A stretch of 64,000 nt of DNA, taken from a virus (lineage: Duplodnaviria; Caudoviricetes). The notes beneath the pieces are model-generated. The model did no database searches and was not told the DNA's origin. It worked only from the letters and a program-made list of their open reading frames with translations. The stretch is taken from IMG/VR virus record IMGVR_UViG_3300020414_000008, positions 1 through 64,000 of that record, one strand, 5' to 3'. The position numbers were made by a program, and so were the translations under genes. This document shows positions 9,477 to 20,342 of the stretch, piece after piece. Position 1 is the first letter of the stretch. Every line of letters starts with the position of its first letter.

Positions 9477-10700
9477 ATGGCTAAATCTGATTTATTAAAA
9501 GAGGCTATCGCTGACGCAAAAGCAGTAAAAGAAACTGCATTAGCGAACGCAAAGATGGCATTAGAAGAAGCCTTCACTCCAAAACTTCAATCAATGTTAT
9601 CTCATAAGATTGCAGAAGAATTAGAAGAAGAAGAGGAAGTATCTGAAGAAGAGGAAAACTCAAATGAAACGTATGAAACGTATCATAACGAAGAGGAAGA
9701 ATCTAATGAAGATATGAAATCTGAAGAAGAAGATTCTGTATCTGAAGAAGATGAAATGAAATCTGAAGAAGATGAAATGAAGTCTGAAGAAGACGAAATG
9801 AAATCTGAAGAAGACGAAATGAAATCTGAAGAAGATGAAATGAAATCTGAAGAGGAAGAAGTAGAAGAAGAATTAGATTCAGAAGAGGAAGAAGAAGTAA
9901 AAGACATCGTAGACGATGAAATGGATTCTCACGAAGACGAAATGCATGACGAAGAAGAAAAAGAAGAAGGTCCTGCAGACGAAAACGTAGAAGAAAATGA
10001 ACTCGAAGAAGATGAACTTGACTTAGAATCTGTAATCGCTGAATTAGAAGCTTCACTTACTGAAGAAGAAGACGTTGATGAAAATGAAGTTGACGAGGAA
10101 GAAGAAGTAAAAGAAGAATTAGACTCATCTGATATTGGTGACGGCGAAAATGCTGAACCATCTGATGACGCATCCGATTCATCTGACATTGAAAACGATG
10201 ACGAGTTAAACATTGATGAAATCATTGAAACTCTAAAAGAAATGGCAGACGATAAGGTTGAAGAAGAAGAAGAAGTATCAGAAGAAGAAGAAGTATCTGA
10301 AGAAGATATGAAGGATGAAGAAATGGACCCAAGCAAGAACGAAGAAGAGTTGGAAGAAGCTTACAAGACTATCGAGTCTTTAAGAAACACTATCAACGAA
10401 GTTAACTTGTTAAACGCGAAATTACTTTATACTAATAAATTATTCAGAACTTTTGACTTGAACGAGTCACAAAAAGTTAAAGTTATCGAGAACTTTGATA
10501 GAGCAGGAAACTTAAGAGAAGTTAAACTTGTATTTGCTACATTAGGTGAAAACTTAAACGTTGCAAGAAAAAAGAAAACTGTGGTTAAAGAAGGAAGTGC
10601 TTCAAAACCAACTAAGAGTTCAGCTCCTAAGAAATCAATAATCTCAGAAGGTAACGATGTTGCTAACAGATTTAAGAAGTTAGCAGGTTTAATAAAATAA
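9477..10700 (+). CDS. Prohead core/scaffold protein (gp22-like position)
   Basis: Very acidic, between protease and MCP; conserved termini LKEAIADAKAVKETA and EVNLLNAKLLY...RFKKLAG; AAGGAG SD. Confidence 0.8.
   Translation: MAKSDLLKEAIADAKAVKETALANAKMALEEAFTPKLQSMLSHKIAEELEEEEEVSEEEENSNETYETYHNEEEESNEDMKSEEEDSVSEEDEMKSEEDEMKSEEDEMKSEEDEMKSEEDEMKSEEEEVEEELDSEEEEEVKDIVDDEMDSHEDEMHDEEEKEEGPADENVEENELEEDELDLESVIAELEASLTEEEDVDENEVDEEEEVKEELDSSDIGDGENAEPSDDASDSSDIENDDELNIDEIIETLKEMADDKVEEEEEVSEEEEVSEEDMKDEEMDPSKNEEELEEAYKTIESLRNTINEVNLLNAKLLYTNKLFRTFDLNESQKVKVIENFDRAGNLREVKLVFATLGENLNVARKKKTVVKEGSASKPTKSSAPKKSIISEGNDVANRFKKLAGLIK
9741..9854 (+). repeat. 21-bp coding tandem repeat (SEEDEMK x5 plus partial)
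   Basis: TCTGAAGAAGAYGAAATGAAR repeated five times within the scaffold gene. Confidence 0.9.
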
Positions 10701-10722
10701 TCTAAAATAGAAGGAAAATAAG

Positions 10723-12381
10723 ATGAACACACAAAGTTTACTTAATGAATCCGCTGGTTACAATAAAGTAATGTCCAAAGAGGCAAAAAACTTAGTAACA
10801 AAGTGGGAAAAGACTGGCCTTTTAGAAGGTATCGAGTCTGACTTTGAAAGAAGTTCAATCGCAACACTATTAGAAAACCAAGCAAGAGAACTTGTAAAAG
10901 AAGCATCTTCTACAGGTACATCAGCAAACTCTGAAGAGTGGGCAGGTGTAGCTCTACCATTGGTAAGAAGGATTTTCAGTGAAATCGCTGCAAAAGAATT
11001 CGTTAGTGTTCAACCAATGAACTTACCTTCAGGTCTTGTATTCTACTTGGACTTCAAGTATGGTACATCACAGCCAGGATTTGAAACTGGCGCAGGTAAA
11101 GATTCACAAACTGACTCAGTATTCGGTATCACTGAAACTGCAAGTGAGGCAAGTGAAGGTCTTTACGGTGCAGGAAGATTTGGTTACTCAATTAATGATA
11201 CAGCATCTAGCGCATTAGATATCGCTGCAGCATTATCTGACGCAACTAAATTTACTTCAGCATCAGTTAACTTAAATACAGCTGGAACTGAATATGATTA
11301 TGATTCTTCATTCTCAGCATCAATTGCAGCAGCTGGAAACGGTGACCTAATCGTTAAAGTATCTGCATTAACTTCATCAATCGCAGGATTCGATAAAGAA
11401 GGTGTAAGAGGATTTGAAGTATCAGGTTCAGGTATTGCAGAGCATTACCCAGCATTTACTAAATTATCAGGTGCAAACATTACGGCTATCGTAAGAAAAG
11501 TAGCAGCTGCAACAGCAGTAGATAAAGTAGTAATCAAGTATCACAAACAACCAACTGACATTACAAGAGGTGACTTCGAACAGTCTAACTTCGCAGCTAA
11601 TGGTGGTGTAGGTGCAGACTTAGGTATTCCTGAGTTGAATGTTGAATTAAGAAGTGTGCCGATTGTTGCTAAAACAAGAAAGTTAAAAGCACAATGGACT
11701 CCTGAATTCGCACAAGACTTAAATGCATACCACTCAGTAGACGCTGAAGCAGAATTGACTTCAATGTTATCTGAATACATTTCTCAAGAAATCGACTTAG
11801 AAATCTTAGATATGTTATTGGAAAATGCATTAACTACAGGTTATTGGTCAGCTAGAATCGGATATTCTTGGAATGGTGCAGGATTTACATCAAGTGGTCT
11901 TAACGCAGCAGTTGAGAGATATACTCAACAACAATGGTTCCAAACTTTAGGTACTCAGTTACAGAGAGTTTCTAACCAAATCCACGCGAAGACTATGAGA
12001 GGTGGAGCTAACTTTATGGTAGTTTCTCCTGATGTAGCAACTATTCTTGAATCTATCCCTGGCTTCCACGGAAATGGTACAGGTGAGCAATCGCAATTCG
12101 CATTTGGTGTAAGCCAAGTAGGTTCTTTTGCAAATAGATACCAAGTATACAAAAACCCATATATGAAAGAGAACGTAATCCTATTAGGATTCAAAGGTTC
12201 ACAATTCTTGGAAACAGGTGCTGTTTACGCTCCATACATTCCATTAATCATGACTCCTCTTGTATATGACCCAACTAACTTCACTCCAAGAAAAGGTGTA
12301 ATGACAAGATACGCTAAGCAAATGGTGAGAGGTGAGTTCTACGGTAAGGTTCTTGTACATGGACTTGAAGTAATTGGATAA
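10723..12381 (+). CDS. gp23: Major capsid protein (T4 gp23-like)
   Basis: VQPMNLPSGLVF, KTRKLKAQWTPEFAQDLNAYHSVDAEAEL, YAPYIPL and KGVMTRY motifs. Confidence 0.97.
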   Translation: MNTQSLLNESAGYNKVMSKEAKNLVTKWEKTGLLEGIESDFERSSIATLLENQARELVKEASSTGTSANSEEWAGVALPLVRRIFSEIAAKEFVSVQPMNLPSGLVFYLDFKYGTSQPGFETGAGKDSQTDSVFGITETASEASEGLYGAGRFGYSINDTASSALDIAAALSDATKFTSASVNLNTAGTEYDYDSSFSASIAAAGNGDLIVKVSALTSSIAGFDKEGVRGFEVSGSGIAEHYPAFTKLSGANITAIVRKVAAATAVDKVVIKYHKQPTDITRGDFEQSNFAANGGVGADLGIPELNVELRSVPIVAKTRKLKAQWTPEFAQDLNAYHSVDAEAELTSMLSEYISQEIDLEILDMLLENALTTGYWSARIGYSWNGAGFTSSGLNAAVERYTQQQWFQTLGTQLQRVSNQIHAKTMRGGANFMVVSPDVATILESIPGFHGNGTGEQSQFAFGVSQVGSFANRYQVYKNPYMKENVILLGFKGSQFLETGAVYAPYIPLIMTPLVYDPTNFTPRKGVMTRYAKQMVRGEFYGKVLVHGLEVIG

Positions 12382-12409
12382 TATTTAATTATTTAATTCT
12401 CATTAAATT

Positions 12410-12436
12410 AAGGGTGACTTCGGTCACCCTTTTTTT
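12410..12436 (+). terminator. Rho-independent terminator after MCP
   Basis: AAGGGTGAC-TTCG-GTCACCCTT stem with UUCG tetraloop and U-tract. Confidence 0.9.
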
Positions 12437-12497
12437 ATGCCCTATACTACTTATAGTAAAGAGTTACATAAGTTATTATTCAACAAAAGGATAGTGC

Positions 12498-13160
12498 ATG
12501 CCAGAAAATACAACTAAACGAGTACCAAAGGGTGCAGTTAAATACAACATCACTCTTTCTGAAGAACAGAAACTCGCAAAAGCAGAAATTAGAAATCATC
12601 CATTCAATTTTATATTAGGAAAAGCAGGTAGTGGTAAAACACTATTAGCAGTACAGATTGCATTGGATTGTTTTTTTAAAAGAGAAGTAAATAAAATCGT
12701 AATTACACGACCAACTATATCAAATGAAGATAACGGATTCCTTCCTGGCTCATTAGACGAAAAAATGGAACCTTGGTTAGTTCCAATTCGTTCTAACATG
12801 AGAAAAGTCTATAATAAACCTATGATTTTAGAAAAGATGGAAAAAAATGAAGATGTAGAATTAGTATCTTTATCACATTTTAGAGGGAGAACTTTTGATT
12901 CTTCAATAGTTATAGTAGATGAGTTTCAGAATTTAACTAAACAACAGTTAGCGATGGTGTTGGGTCGTTTAGGTAAAAACTCACGGATGATGTTGTGTGG
13001 CGACCCACAACAGATTGATTTAAAGTTCGCAAACGACTCAGCAGTTCATGAGGTTCATAAACTAAAAGACTCTGAGTTTGTTTATAGTGTAAATTTGAAA
13101 GATAACCACAGACACGAGTCCTTAGATGAGGTTCTTAGACTGTTATTTTCATTCGAATAA
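12498..13160 (+). CDS. phoH: PhoH-like ATPase
   Basis: GKAGSGKT, GFLPG, FRGRTF, IVDEFQN, RLG and GDPQQIDL motifs. Confidence 0.93.
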   Translation: MPENTTKRVPKGAVKYNITLSEEQKLAKAEIRNHPFNFILGKAGSGKTLLAVQIALDCFFKREVNKIVITRPTISNEDNGFLPGSLDEKMEPWLVPIRSNMRKVYNKPMILEKMEKNEDVELVSLSHFRGRTFDSSIVIVDEFQNLTKQQLAMVLGRLGKNSRMMLCGDPQQIDLKFANDSAVHEVHKLKDSEFVYSVNLKDNHRHESLDEVLRLLFSFE

Positions 13161-13219
13161 CGATTTAGAAAAATAAATCAATATTTATATAACGTAAACG
13201 TTAATTATTGGAGAAATAG

Positions 13220-16200
13220 ATGTCATTTGACTACACGGGTTCATTTAGTGGTTCGTTCACAGGTAATTTAATATCAACTAATGGAGTGATATCCTCATCG
13301 GCACAATTGCCAAGTGGGATTTTATCATCTTCTGCTCAATTACCAAGTGGAATAGTGTCCTCATCGGGACAAATCAACTATAATACTATTACAAACAAAC
13401 CAACTACAATATCTGCGTTCCAAAAAAACTCCATAACCGCAAATATTACGTTTAGACAAGAAACTTTTCCACCGATTTCTTCATCTCTTGCGACAAGAAT
13501 AACAACTGAAGAAGGAAACGTAGATAATTTACAGTCAGATGTAAGTGCTTTACAAACTGCAAGTGGTAGTTTTTCTACAAGAGTTACAAATATTGAAGGA
13601 GCGGGTTATTTAACTTCAGCAAGTGCAGCAGCCGCAGGGTTTGGAAGTGGTGGTTCAACTCCAGCAGGAACAATCAGTAGTTCACAACAAATTACAGACT
13701 TAGGTTTTTCAACAACAGATAGTACAGGTTCAGAGCAAACACTATCTTTTAATGATGGAACAAACGCATTAAGTATTTCAGGTGGAAATTCAGTAGATTT
13801 ATCGTCACTATCAGGTGGCGGTGGTGGTGGAGCCGGATTAAACATAACAGCATCAAATGAGGGAACTCCATTAAGTAAAATAGTTCGTAGTTTTGATTTT
13901 GTAGGTAACGCAGTTACAGCAACTAATGATGGTAACGCAGTTACGGTAACAGTAAACACAGGTTCACTAAAAGACGGAATCATTAGTGGTTCAGAACAGT
14001 TACCAAGTGGATTAATATCAGCATCAAACCAAATAACAATAACAGAATCACAAATTAGTGACTTAGGGTCATATTTAACGTCAGTTCCAGCAGGAACTGT
14101 TAGTGGTTCTACTCAAATTACTTTTAGTGGTATTAGTGGTACTCCAAGTGGGTTAGTATCATCTTCAAATCAGATACTACCAATCACAACTTCAAGTATT
14201 ACTGACTTCCCAACAGAAGTTTCAAAGTCAGCAGCGTCATTTGGGTTTGGAACAGGTGGTGGTGGTTCAACTGACATAACAGCATTAAATACATTTACAG
14301 GTTCTGCTAATACAAGTATTACAGCATTAAATACATTTACAGGTTCTGCGATTTCAAACAGTCAAACTTCGTCTATGACGGTAGCAACCGCATCATACGC
14401 GTTGTTTGCAATATCAGCATCACATGAGATAGTCACAGAAGTGTCTTCATCTCATGCAGTAAACGCAGATACAGCATCATTTGTGATAGGTCATGTACAA
14501 ACTTCTCAAACAAGTTCAATGTCTGTAGCAACTTCATCGTTTACAACAGGATTTTCAATTTTTGACGGGAACAGAGTAATATCTAACACAAATCTACCAG
14601 CGGGAGTTTACAATACTAACGCAGGAACAAGTGGTTCCCTAACACAATTTATAGAAAAGGTATTTTTCCCAAATACAGTACCATCAATCACAACAAATGG
14701 ATTTACAATCGGTGAATTCGTAGCAAGTGGTTCTGTAATTGGAACTGCGACAGCAACAGACGCAGAAGGACAAAGTATTACATTTAGAGAAGCAAGTTCT
14801 TACTCAGATGACTTCTTTAAGATAGCAAGTAACGGACAAATAACTCTAAATACTAAATCAACAGCATCAATGAACACTGATAATACGCCAGGTAGTGGTT
14901 CTCATCCATTCCCTATAGAAGCAGTGGATACATTCGCAGGTGTTGGTTCTAAAACATTATACATACGGGTAACTCCTAACACTCCACCTGTTTGGAGACA
15001 AACATCAGTAGGTGGTTCAATAGTGACAACGTTTACACAATCACTAAATGAAAATTCTGTAGCAGCAAATAATAAAGTTAGAGTTTATTTTACTGACGCA
15101 GAAAGTGACACTATAACAATCGGAAGTGGTTCAGCATTTGTAAGTTCAAGTTTTTCAATTACTAAAGCAAGTACATATGTTCAACTAAATCAGATAACTT
15201 CTTCATTAGATTATGAAGTTACCCCAAAATATGAATTCGTTTTAACAGCGAGTGATGAACATTATGGAAGTGGTGATGATACTGAATCAATTACTTACTT
15301 ACCATTCCAAATAGCAGTAGTTGATAACGTTGGTCCAACTGTAAATGACCAAACATTAGGAAGTATTAACGAAAATAGTGCAGATGGTGCAAGTGTAGGT
15401 TCAATAACTGCAACAGACCCAACAGGTGATACAATAACATTTAGTAACTTTACACTAAAAGAAGCAAATTTAGATGGTGGTTCAAATATTACATCATCTT
15501 TAGGTGGTAACTCATTATATGACCCACATCAAGACCCATTCCAATGTAGTTCGGCAGGTGCAGTAACAAGAAAGAATGGAGTTTATCTAAATTCTGATGT
15601 AGCGAACAGATATTTTTATCAAGTAACAGTAAAAGACGCATTTAACTCAACATCTGATACAGGTTTAATTAGAATTAATATCGCAGATGATTCAGCAACT
15701 TCAATAACTGACAATTGGGATAATTTATATATCATAGAATCCGCAACAAGTGGTAATGAAATAAAAATTAGTTCAAATGGTAGAACAGGTACAAGTGCAT
15801 TATGGTCATCAGGAGTATCTCAGAGATGGGAAGTTAAATCAACAGGTAATTTAATTGGATTATCATCTACAACAGGTTCAAGTGCAACTTTACAATTAGC
15901 AAGTAACCTAAGTGGTTCAGCATATTCAAGTGGAAGTACAATCGCAGTAGAACTAACTGCATCAGAAAATGGATTTGAAACAACTAAACAATATGTAAAT
16001 CAAAATATCGCAGTTGTTATCAATAACGCACCTGTTCCAAGTTTCAGTAACACATCTGCAAACTTAAATACAAATGGTGCAAGAAGTGGTAGTACAATTT
16101 CAACAATATCGTTTACAGATACAGAGAGTGATTCATTAAATCACGGTTCATTTACATTTACAGACCCAAGTGGTCAATTAAACGCATATAAATCTGGCGA

Positions 16201-17515
16201 TACTTACTTAGTACAACCAAAAAATAATTTAAGTGGTTCCACTTATCCAATGACCGCATCTATAAAAGATACTCATGGATTTAGAGTAGGTACTACTAAA
16301 CATAGTGTAACAATCGCATCAGCACCAAATGGTACTTTAACTACAAATGGTACATTTAGAATAATAGAGAGTGCAGAAAGTGGAGCACATATAAAAATTA
16401 ACGCTGATGGTAGAACGGGAACACAAGGTGACTTAGGAGTTACTTACTCACCTCAATATAATTCCGCAGCAGTACAAGCATTTACTTCATCTAACGCAGC
16501 CATCGCAGTAAACAGTAATGGTAAACTAACAATAGGTGTAAATATAAGTGGTTCAAGTACAGGTAGTGGTGATACAATTACATCAACTATATCATATCAA
16601 GACCAATTTAATAATATAGGTTCAGACAGTATATCAGTAAGTGTAGTTGCAAATCAGGCTCCAACAGCAACATTTAGTGAGATTGGTGCAAACATGACAG
16701 CATCGATTGCAAGTGGAACAGGTTTAGTAAGTATGTCAATATCTGATACAGAATCAGATACACCGTTCTCCGCTTCATTTAGTGGACCAAACGCAGGAAA
16801 CTTACAATTTGTACCACAAAATGCAAATTCATCGTCATACGTTATTAAAACGACAGGTACGATAAATTCAGGTGTAACATATAGTTATACAGCATCAGTA
16901 CATGATAACTTTGATAAATCAACATCATATAAAAGAACAATAACACTTCTTGACCCTGTAGCAAAAACATATGTTTATGGATGGGACGGTGGTTCTGCAG
17001 CAACAGAAGCAACAGCAATCGCATCTATGGGTGATAGTGGTGGTGATGGAGTAGGAATCGAAGCAGGTTCAGTAATCGCAAAACTACAAAGTGGTTCACT
17101 TGGTACAACATTCAGTCCAACTTATGTTGGTGGTACAATGTTACTATTTGGAAGTAGTTCAAAAACAACATTATCAGATAGTAATGCAACAGGACTATCA
17201 AGTTTTGGATATATAAACTTTAGTAGTGGTGGTTCAAAAAGATTAGTAGTAGTATTCCCATCAGCATCAAATCAGTTTGGGAAACCAGCAAGTATGTATG
17301 ATGGAGTTCCACCTGATTCAACAGGAACAGCAAAAGAATACTATGTATATGCAAAAGACGCCTCAATTCCTGGCACAATTGGAACAGGTGTATATTACTT
17401 CGACACTGAGAACGCAGTTGAAGGATATTCAAGATGGGGTATGATATTTGCAGAAGGTGAAAATACAAATAACTCAAGATATTATTTAATGCCTGACTCA
17501 GCGTCAGCACCATAG
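13220..17515 (+). CDS. Large virion fibre/decoration protein with cadherin/Ig-like repeats
   Basis: Ser/Thr/Gly-rich N-terminus with SSSAQ repeats, then repeated N..P...E....G..IG...ATD.EG..ITF cadherin-like modules (LDYE motif). Confidence 0.7.
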   Translation: MSFDYTGSFSGSFTGNLISTNGVISSSAQLPSGILSSSAQLPSGIVSSSGQINYNTITNKPTTISAFQKNSITANITFRQETFPPISSSLATRITTEEGNVDNLQSDVSALQTASGSFSTRVTNIEGAGYLTSASAAAAGFGSGGSTPAGTISSSQQITDLGFSTTDSTGSEQTLSFNDGTNALSISGGNSVDLSSLSGGGGGGAGLNITASNEGTPLSKIVRSFDFVGNAVTATNDGNAVTVTVNTGSLKDGIISGSEQLPSGLISASNQITITESQISDLGSYLTSVPAGTVSGSTQITFSGISGTPSGLVSSSNQILPITTSSITDFPTEVSKSAASFGFGTGGGGSTDITALNTFTGSANTSITALNTFTGSAISNSQTSSMTVATASYALFAISASHEIVTEVSSSHAVNADTASFVIGHVQTSQTSSMSVATSSFTTGFSIFDGNRVISNTNLPAGVYNTNAGTSGSLTQFIEKVFFPNTVPSITTNGFTIGEFVASGSVIGTATATDAEGQSITFREASSYSDDFFKIASNGQITLNTKSTASMNTDNTPGSGSHPFPIEAVDTFAGVGSKTLYIRVTPNTPPVWRQTSVGGSIVTTFTQSLNENSVAANNKVRVYFTDAESDTITIGSGSAFVSSSFSITKASTYVQLNQITSSLDYEVTPKYEFVLTASDEHYGSGDDTESITYLPFQIAVVDNVGPTVNDQTLGSINENSADGASVGSITATDPTGDTITFSNFTLKEANLDGGSNITSSLGGNSLYDPHQDPFQCSSAGAVTRKNGVYLNSDVANRYFYQVTVKDAFNSTSDTGLIRINIADDSATSITDNWDNLYIIESATSGNEIKISSNGRTGTSALWSSGVSQRWEVKSTGNLIGLSSTTGSSATLQLASNLSGSAYSSGSTIAVELTASENGFETTKQYVNQNIAVVINNAPVPSFSNTSANLNTNGARSGSTISTISFTDTESDSLNHGSFTFTDPSGQLNAYKSGDTYLVQPKNNLSGSTYPMTASIKDTHGFRVGTTKHSVTIASAPNGTLTTNGTFRIIESAESGAHIKINADGRTGTQGDLGVTYSPQYNSAAVQAFTSSNAAIAVNSNGKLTIGVNISGSSTGSGDTITSTISYQDQFNNIGSDSISVSVVANQAPTATFSEIGANMTASIASGTGLVSMSISDTESDTPFSASFSGPNAGNLQFVPQNANSSSYVIKTTGTINSGVTYSYTASVHDNFDKSTSYKRTITLLDPVAKTYVYGWDGGSAATEATAIASMGDSGGDGVGIEAGSVIAKLQSGSLGTTFSPTYVGGTMLLFGSSSKTTLSDSNATGLSSFGYINFSSGGSKRLVVVFPSASNQFGKPASMYDGVPPDSTGTAKEYYVYAKDASIPGTIGTGVYYFDTENAVEGYSRWGMIFAEGENTNNSRYYLMPDSASAP

Positions 17516-17533
17516 GAAAAGGAAAAGAAATAG

Positions 17534-18619
17534 ATGGCAACAACAGCAGGTGATATTTATGTAAGAAGTGGAGCGTCAGGTTCATTCACATCAGTACAAT
17601 ATGTACAAGGTGGTTGGATTACTGTACCGTCTGCTTCAGACATGAGTTCTATTTATCACGATAGACTTAGAGATGGACAGATTGTTTGGGTAGAACATAC
17701 TGAACAATTATATGTCACAAGAAAGTTTGTCGCATTCTCTACGCCAGGATACGGTGGTTCAGATGACTCAGCATCATTCCATACTACCAACTTAGGTATT
17801 TCAGGTGGTGGTGGTGGTGGAGCCGGTGATATTACATCGGTGACAGCAGGAACAGGTTTAAGTGGTGGTGGAGCATCAGGTGCAGTAACACTTAACTTAG
17901 ATACATCAGACGCAGCATTTATATCAGGTGTAAGTGGTCTACTGACATCATTAAATAATTTTACGGGTTCAGCAAATACAAGTATTACATCATTAAATAC
18001 TTTCACGGGTTCTGTGATTACAAACAGTATGACAAGTTCTATGAGTGTAGCAAGTTCTTCTGTATCAGATAGAGCAATGTTCGCAGCACAATGGACATTA
18101 GGTGCAGATGGTTCTAACCATTATACATTTACAGGTCACGGTTTGACGGGAGCGGAAAATGACCCAACTCTTTATTTAATGAGAGGTCAAAAATATAAAT
18201 TCATCAATAATATGGGAGCACATCCATTTAGGATTCAATCAACTCCAAATGGTTCAGCAGGTTCTGCATATAATGATGGTGTAACTAACAATGATGTTTC
18301 AAGTGGAACATTAACTTGGGACGTACAATTCGATTCACCAAGAGTTTTATATTATCAATGTACTGCTCACGCAAACATGGGTGGTGTAATTTACATACTA
18401 AACGCAGATACAGGTTCTGGCGGTGGTGGTGGAACAGGTGGTATATTTACAACTACAGGTTCTTTCAAATCAACTACGAACAATTTAGATATAACAGGTT
18501 CGGTTAGAGTCGGTGACGGTGTTTTAAGATTAAAAGAATTTACAACTACTCCAACTTATGAAGAGGGTGCAATATTTTATTCAGCATCAAACTTTTACTT
18601 TGGGTTAGGAAGTAGTTAA
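17534..18619 (+). CDS. Virion structural protein with cupredoxin-like domain
   Basis: GDITSVTAGTGLSGGG fibre motif; HPF...YYQCTAHANMGG. Confidence 0.65.
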   Translation: MATTAGDIYVRSGASGSFTSVQYVQGGWITVPSASDMSSIYHDRLRDGQIVWVEHTEQLYVTRKFVAFSTPGYGGSDDSASFHTTNLGISGGGGGGAGDITSVTAGTGLSGGGASGAVTLNLDTSDAAFISGVSGLLTSLNNFTGSANTSITSLNTFTGSVITNSMTSSMSVASSSVSDRAMFAAQWTLGADGSNHYTFTGHGLTGAENDPTLYLMRGQKYKFINNMGAHPFRIQSTPNGSAGSAYNDGVTNNDVSSGTLTWDVQFDSPRVLYYQCTAHANMGGVIYILNADTGSGGGGGTGGIFTTTGSFKSTTNNLDITGSVRVGDGVLRLKEFTTTPTYEEGAIFYSASNFYFGLGSS

Positions 18620-18722
18620 TAAAATATAATTACATATTTATATTATGTAAGAAATTGGTTTTGGACGGTACATTGTTGTGTACCATAAGTTGTTTAAAAT
18701 AATAAATTAATAGGAGAAAAAA

Positions 18723-20132
18723 ATGGCAACATGGAAAAAAGTCATTGTCTCGGGTTCAAGTGCCGACCTTCTTAATGTATCCGCATCAGCAGGGTTCAAA
18801 GGAAATTTAGTTGGTAACGTAACAGGGACGGCAACACAGGTTGGGAACAGTTTGACAGTTGATAATTCAACTATTCAGCTGGACTCAGGTACCACATATG
18901 ATGGTGCAGCAGCGAAGACCGTTAGTCTAAAAGACGGTGGTACTACGTTAGCAAAACAGGCTAATATGGCCGCAGATAGAATACAAGGTAGAGCAAATGG
19001 TGCAGGAACAGGTGTACCTCAAGCATTAACCAAAACACAAGTTTTAACAATTCTTAACGTTGAAGACGGAGCAGATGTAACTGACGCAGCGGGAATCGCA
19101 GCATTAGGTGCAGGAATTGTATCGTCATCAGCACAGGTATCAGGTTTAGCTGGTGTTAATGATTCAACAATCACAATAACCGCAGGTGATGGTTTAAAAA
19201 CGGGTGGTACATTTACATTGAATGATTCAAGTGACAGAGAAATAACACTTGATATTGATGTTGATGTTATGGCAGGTGCAGGTTTAGTTGCAGATAACAC
19301 AAATGAAGAATTAGATGTAAACGTAGATGACTCAACTATTGAAATCAGTTCAGACGCACTAAGAGTTAAAGATAGTGGTATTACATTAGCAAAAATAGCA
19401 AATATTGCAGACGATACAATTTTAGGTAATGTGTCAGGTGGTGCAGCAGCACCAAGTGCATTAAGTAAAGCAAATGTATTAACATTACTTAATGTTGAAG
19501 ATGGTGCAGATGTAACTGACGCAGCAGGAATTAGAGCATTAGGTGCAGGAATTATATCTTCTTCAGCACAAGTTGATATCTCAAGTAAAACTGTAGCAGC
19601 ATCACAAGTAACTGAAATCAGTAACTTAACTGCAGCAGAAGGTGCACAATTAGAGAACATCGGTACAACAACAATCTCAGCAGCTCAATGGGGTTACTTA
19701 GGTGGAATGGACCAAAATGTAAAAACAAACTCTAATGTTAACTTTAACAACTTGGTTGTAGCAGGTGATTTAACTGTTGAAGGTTCAAGAACTGAATTAC
19801 AAGTAGCTAACTTAAATGTAGAAGACCAATATATCTTATTAAACTCAGGTTCAACATCAGGAGACTCAGGTATTATATTTGGTGGTTCTAACACAACCGC
19901 TAACTCAGGTCACGCACTTATTTTAGATAATTCTTACAATTCTAACGATGGTCGTTTAGCAGTACAGGTAACTGATAAAGCAGCGTCTAACTCAGATGAC
20001 TTCGCAGCAGGTACAACAGGTTATTATTTAGCTGGTGTATATGAAGGAACTGAAGCTAACGCAGCAACAGCATTAGCAGACCATCCTGGCAATATAAGAA
20101 TAGAATCAAATGAGATTTATATCTATGTGTAA
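18723..20132 (+). CDS. Tail/head fibre-like structural protein
   Basis: MATWKKVIVSGS N-terminus; internal duplication LNVEDGADVTDAAGI.ALGAGI.SSSAQV; GDLTVEG...LNVED..ILLN fibre motif; AGGAG SD. Confidence 0.7.
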   Translation: MATWKKVIVSGSSADLLNVSASAGFKGNLVGNVTGTATQVGNSLTVDNSTIQLDSGTTYDGAAAKTVSLKDGGTTLAKQANMAADRIQGRANGAGTGVPQALTKTQVLTILNVEDGADVTDAAGIAALGAGIVSSSAQVSGLAGVNDSTITITAGDGLKTGGTFTLNDSSDREITLDIDVDVMAGAGLVADNTNEELDVNVDDSTIEISSDALRVKDSGITLAKIANIADDTILGNVSGGAAAPSALSKANVLTLLNVEDGADVTDAAGIRALGAGIISSSAQVDISSKTVAASQVTEISNLTAAEGAQLENIGTTTISAAQWGYLGGMDQNVKTNSNVNFNNLVVAGDLTVEGSRTELQVANLNVEDQYILLNSGSTSGDSGIIFGGSNTTANSGHALILDNSYNSNDGRLAVQVTDKAASNSDDFAAGTTGYYLAGVYEGTEANAATALADHPGNIRIESNEIYIYV

Positions 20133-20151
20133 ATAAATTAAAAAATTAGTT

Positions 20152-20340
20152 ATGTCAAATCACAAACAACTGAAAAAAAGTATACAACAAACCCAACAAG
20201 AGACAAACCTCAAGCTCACTAAACAAGAGCTTGAGGTTCTCTTATTTTTAATATCAAATGGAACCTTTAAGGGTACAGATATTGAAAGAATCTATAAATT
20301 AGCAGTAAAAATTCAAGTAGAACACGATAAATTAAAATAG
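20152..20340 (+). CDS. Small hypothetical protein (possible fibre chaperone)
   Basis: 62 aa; L+.+EL..L...+...+.G pattern shared with the next ORF. Confidence 0.6.
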   Translation: MSNHKQLKKSIQQTQQETNLKLTKQELEVLLFLISNGTFKGTDIERIYKLAVKIQVEHDKLK

Positions 20341-20342
20341 TT

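Noticed and set aside
18668-18685. Small hairpin GGTACA-TTGTTG-TGTACC in the leader of 18723
   Set aside because: Only 6 bp and a single instance; too weak to call without covariation data.
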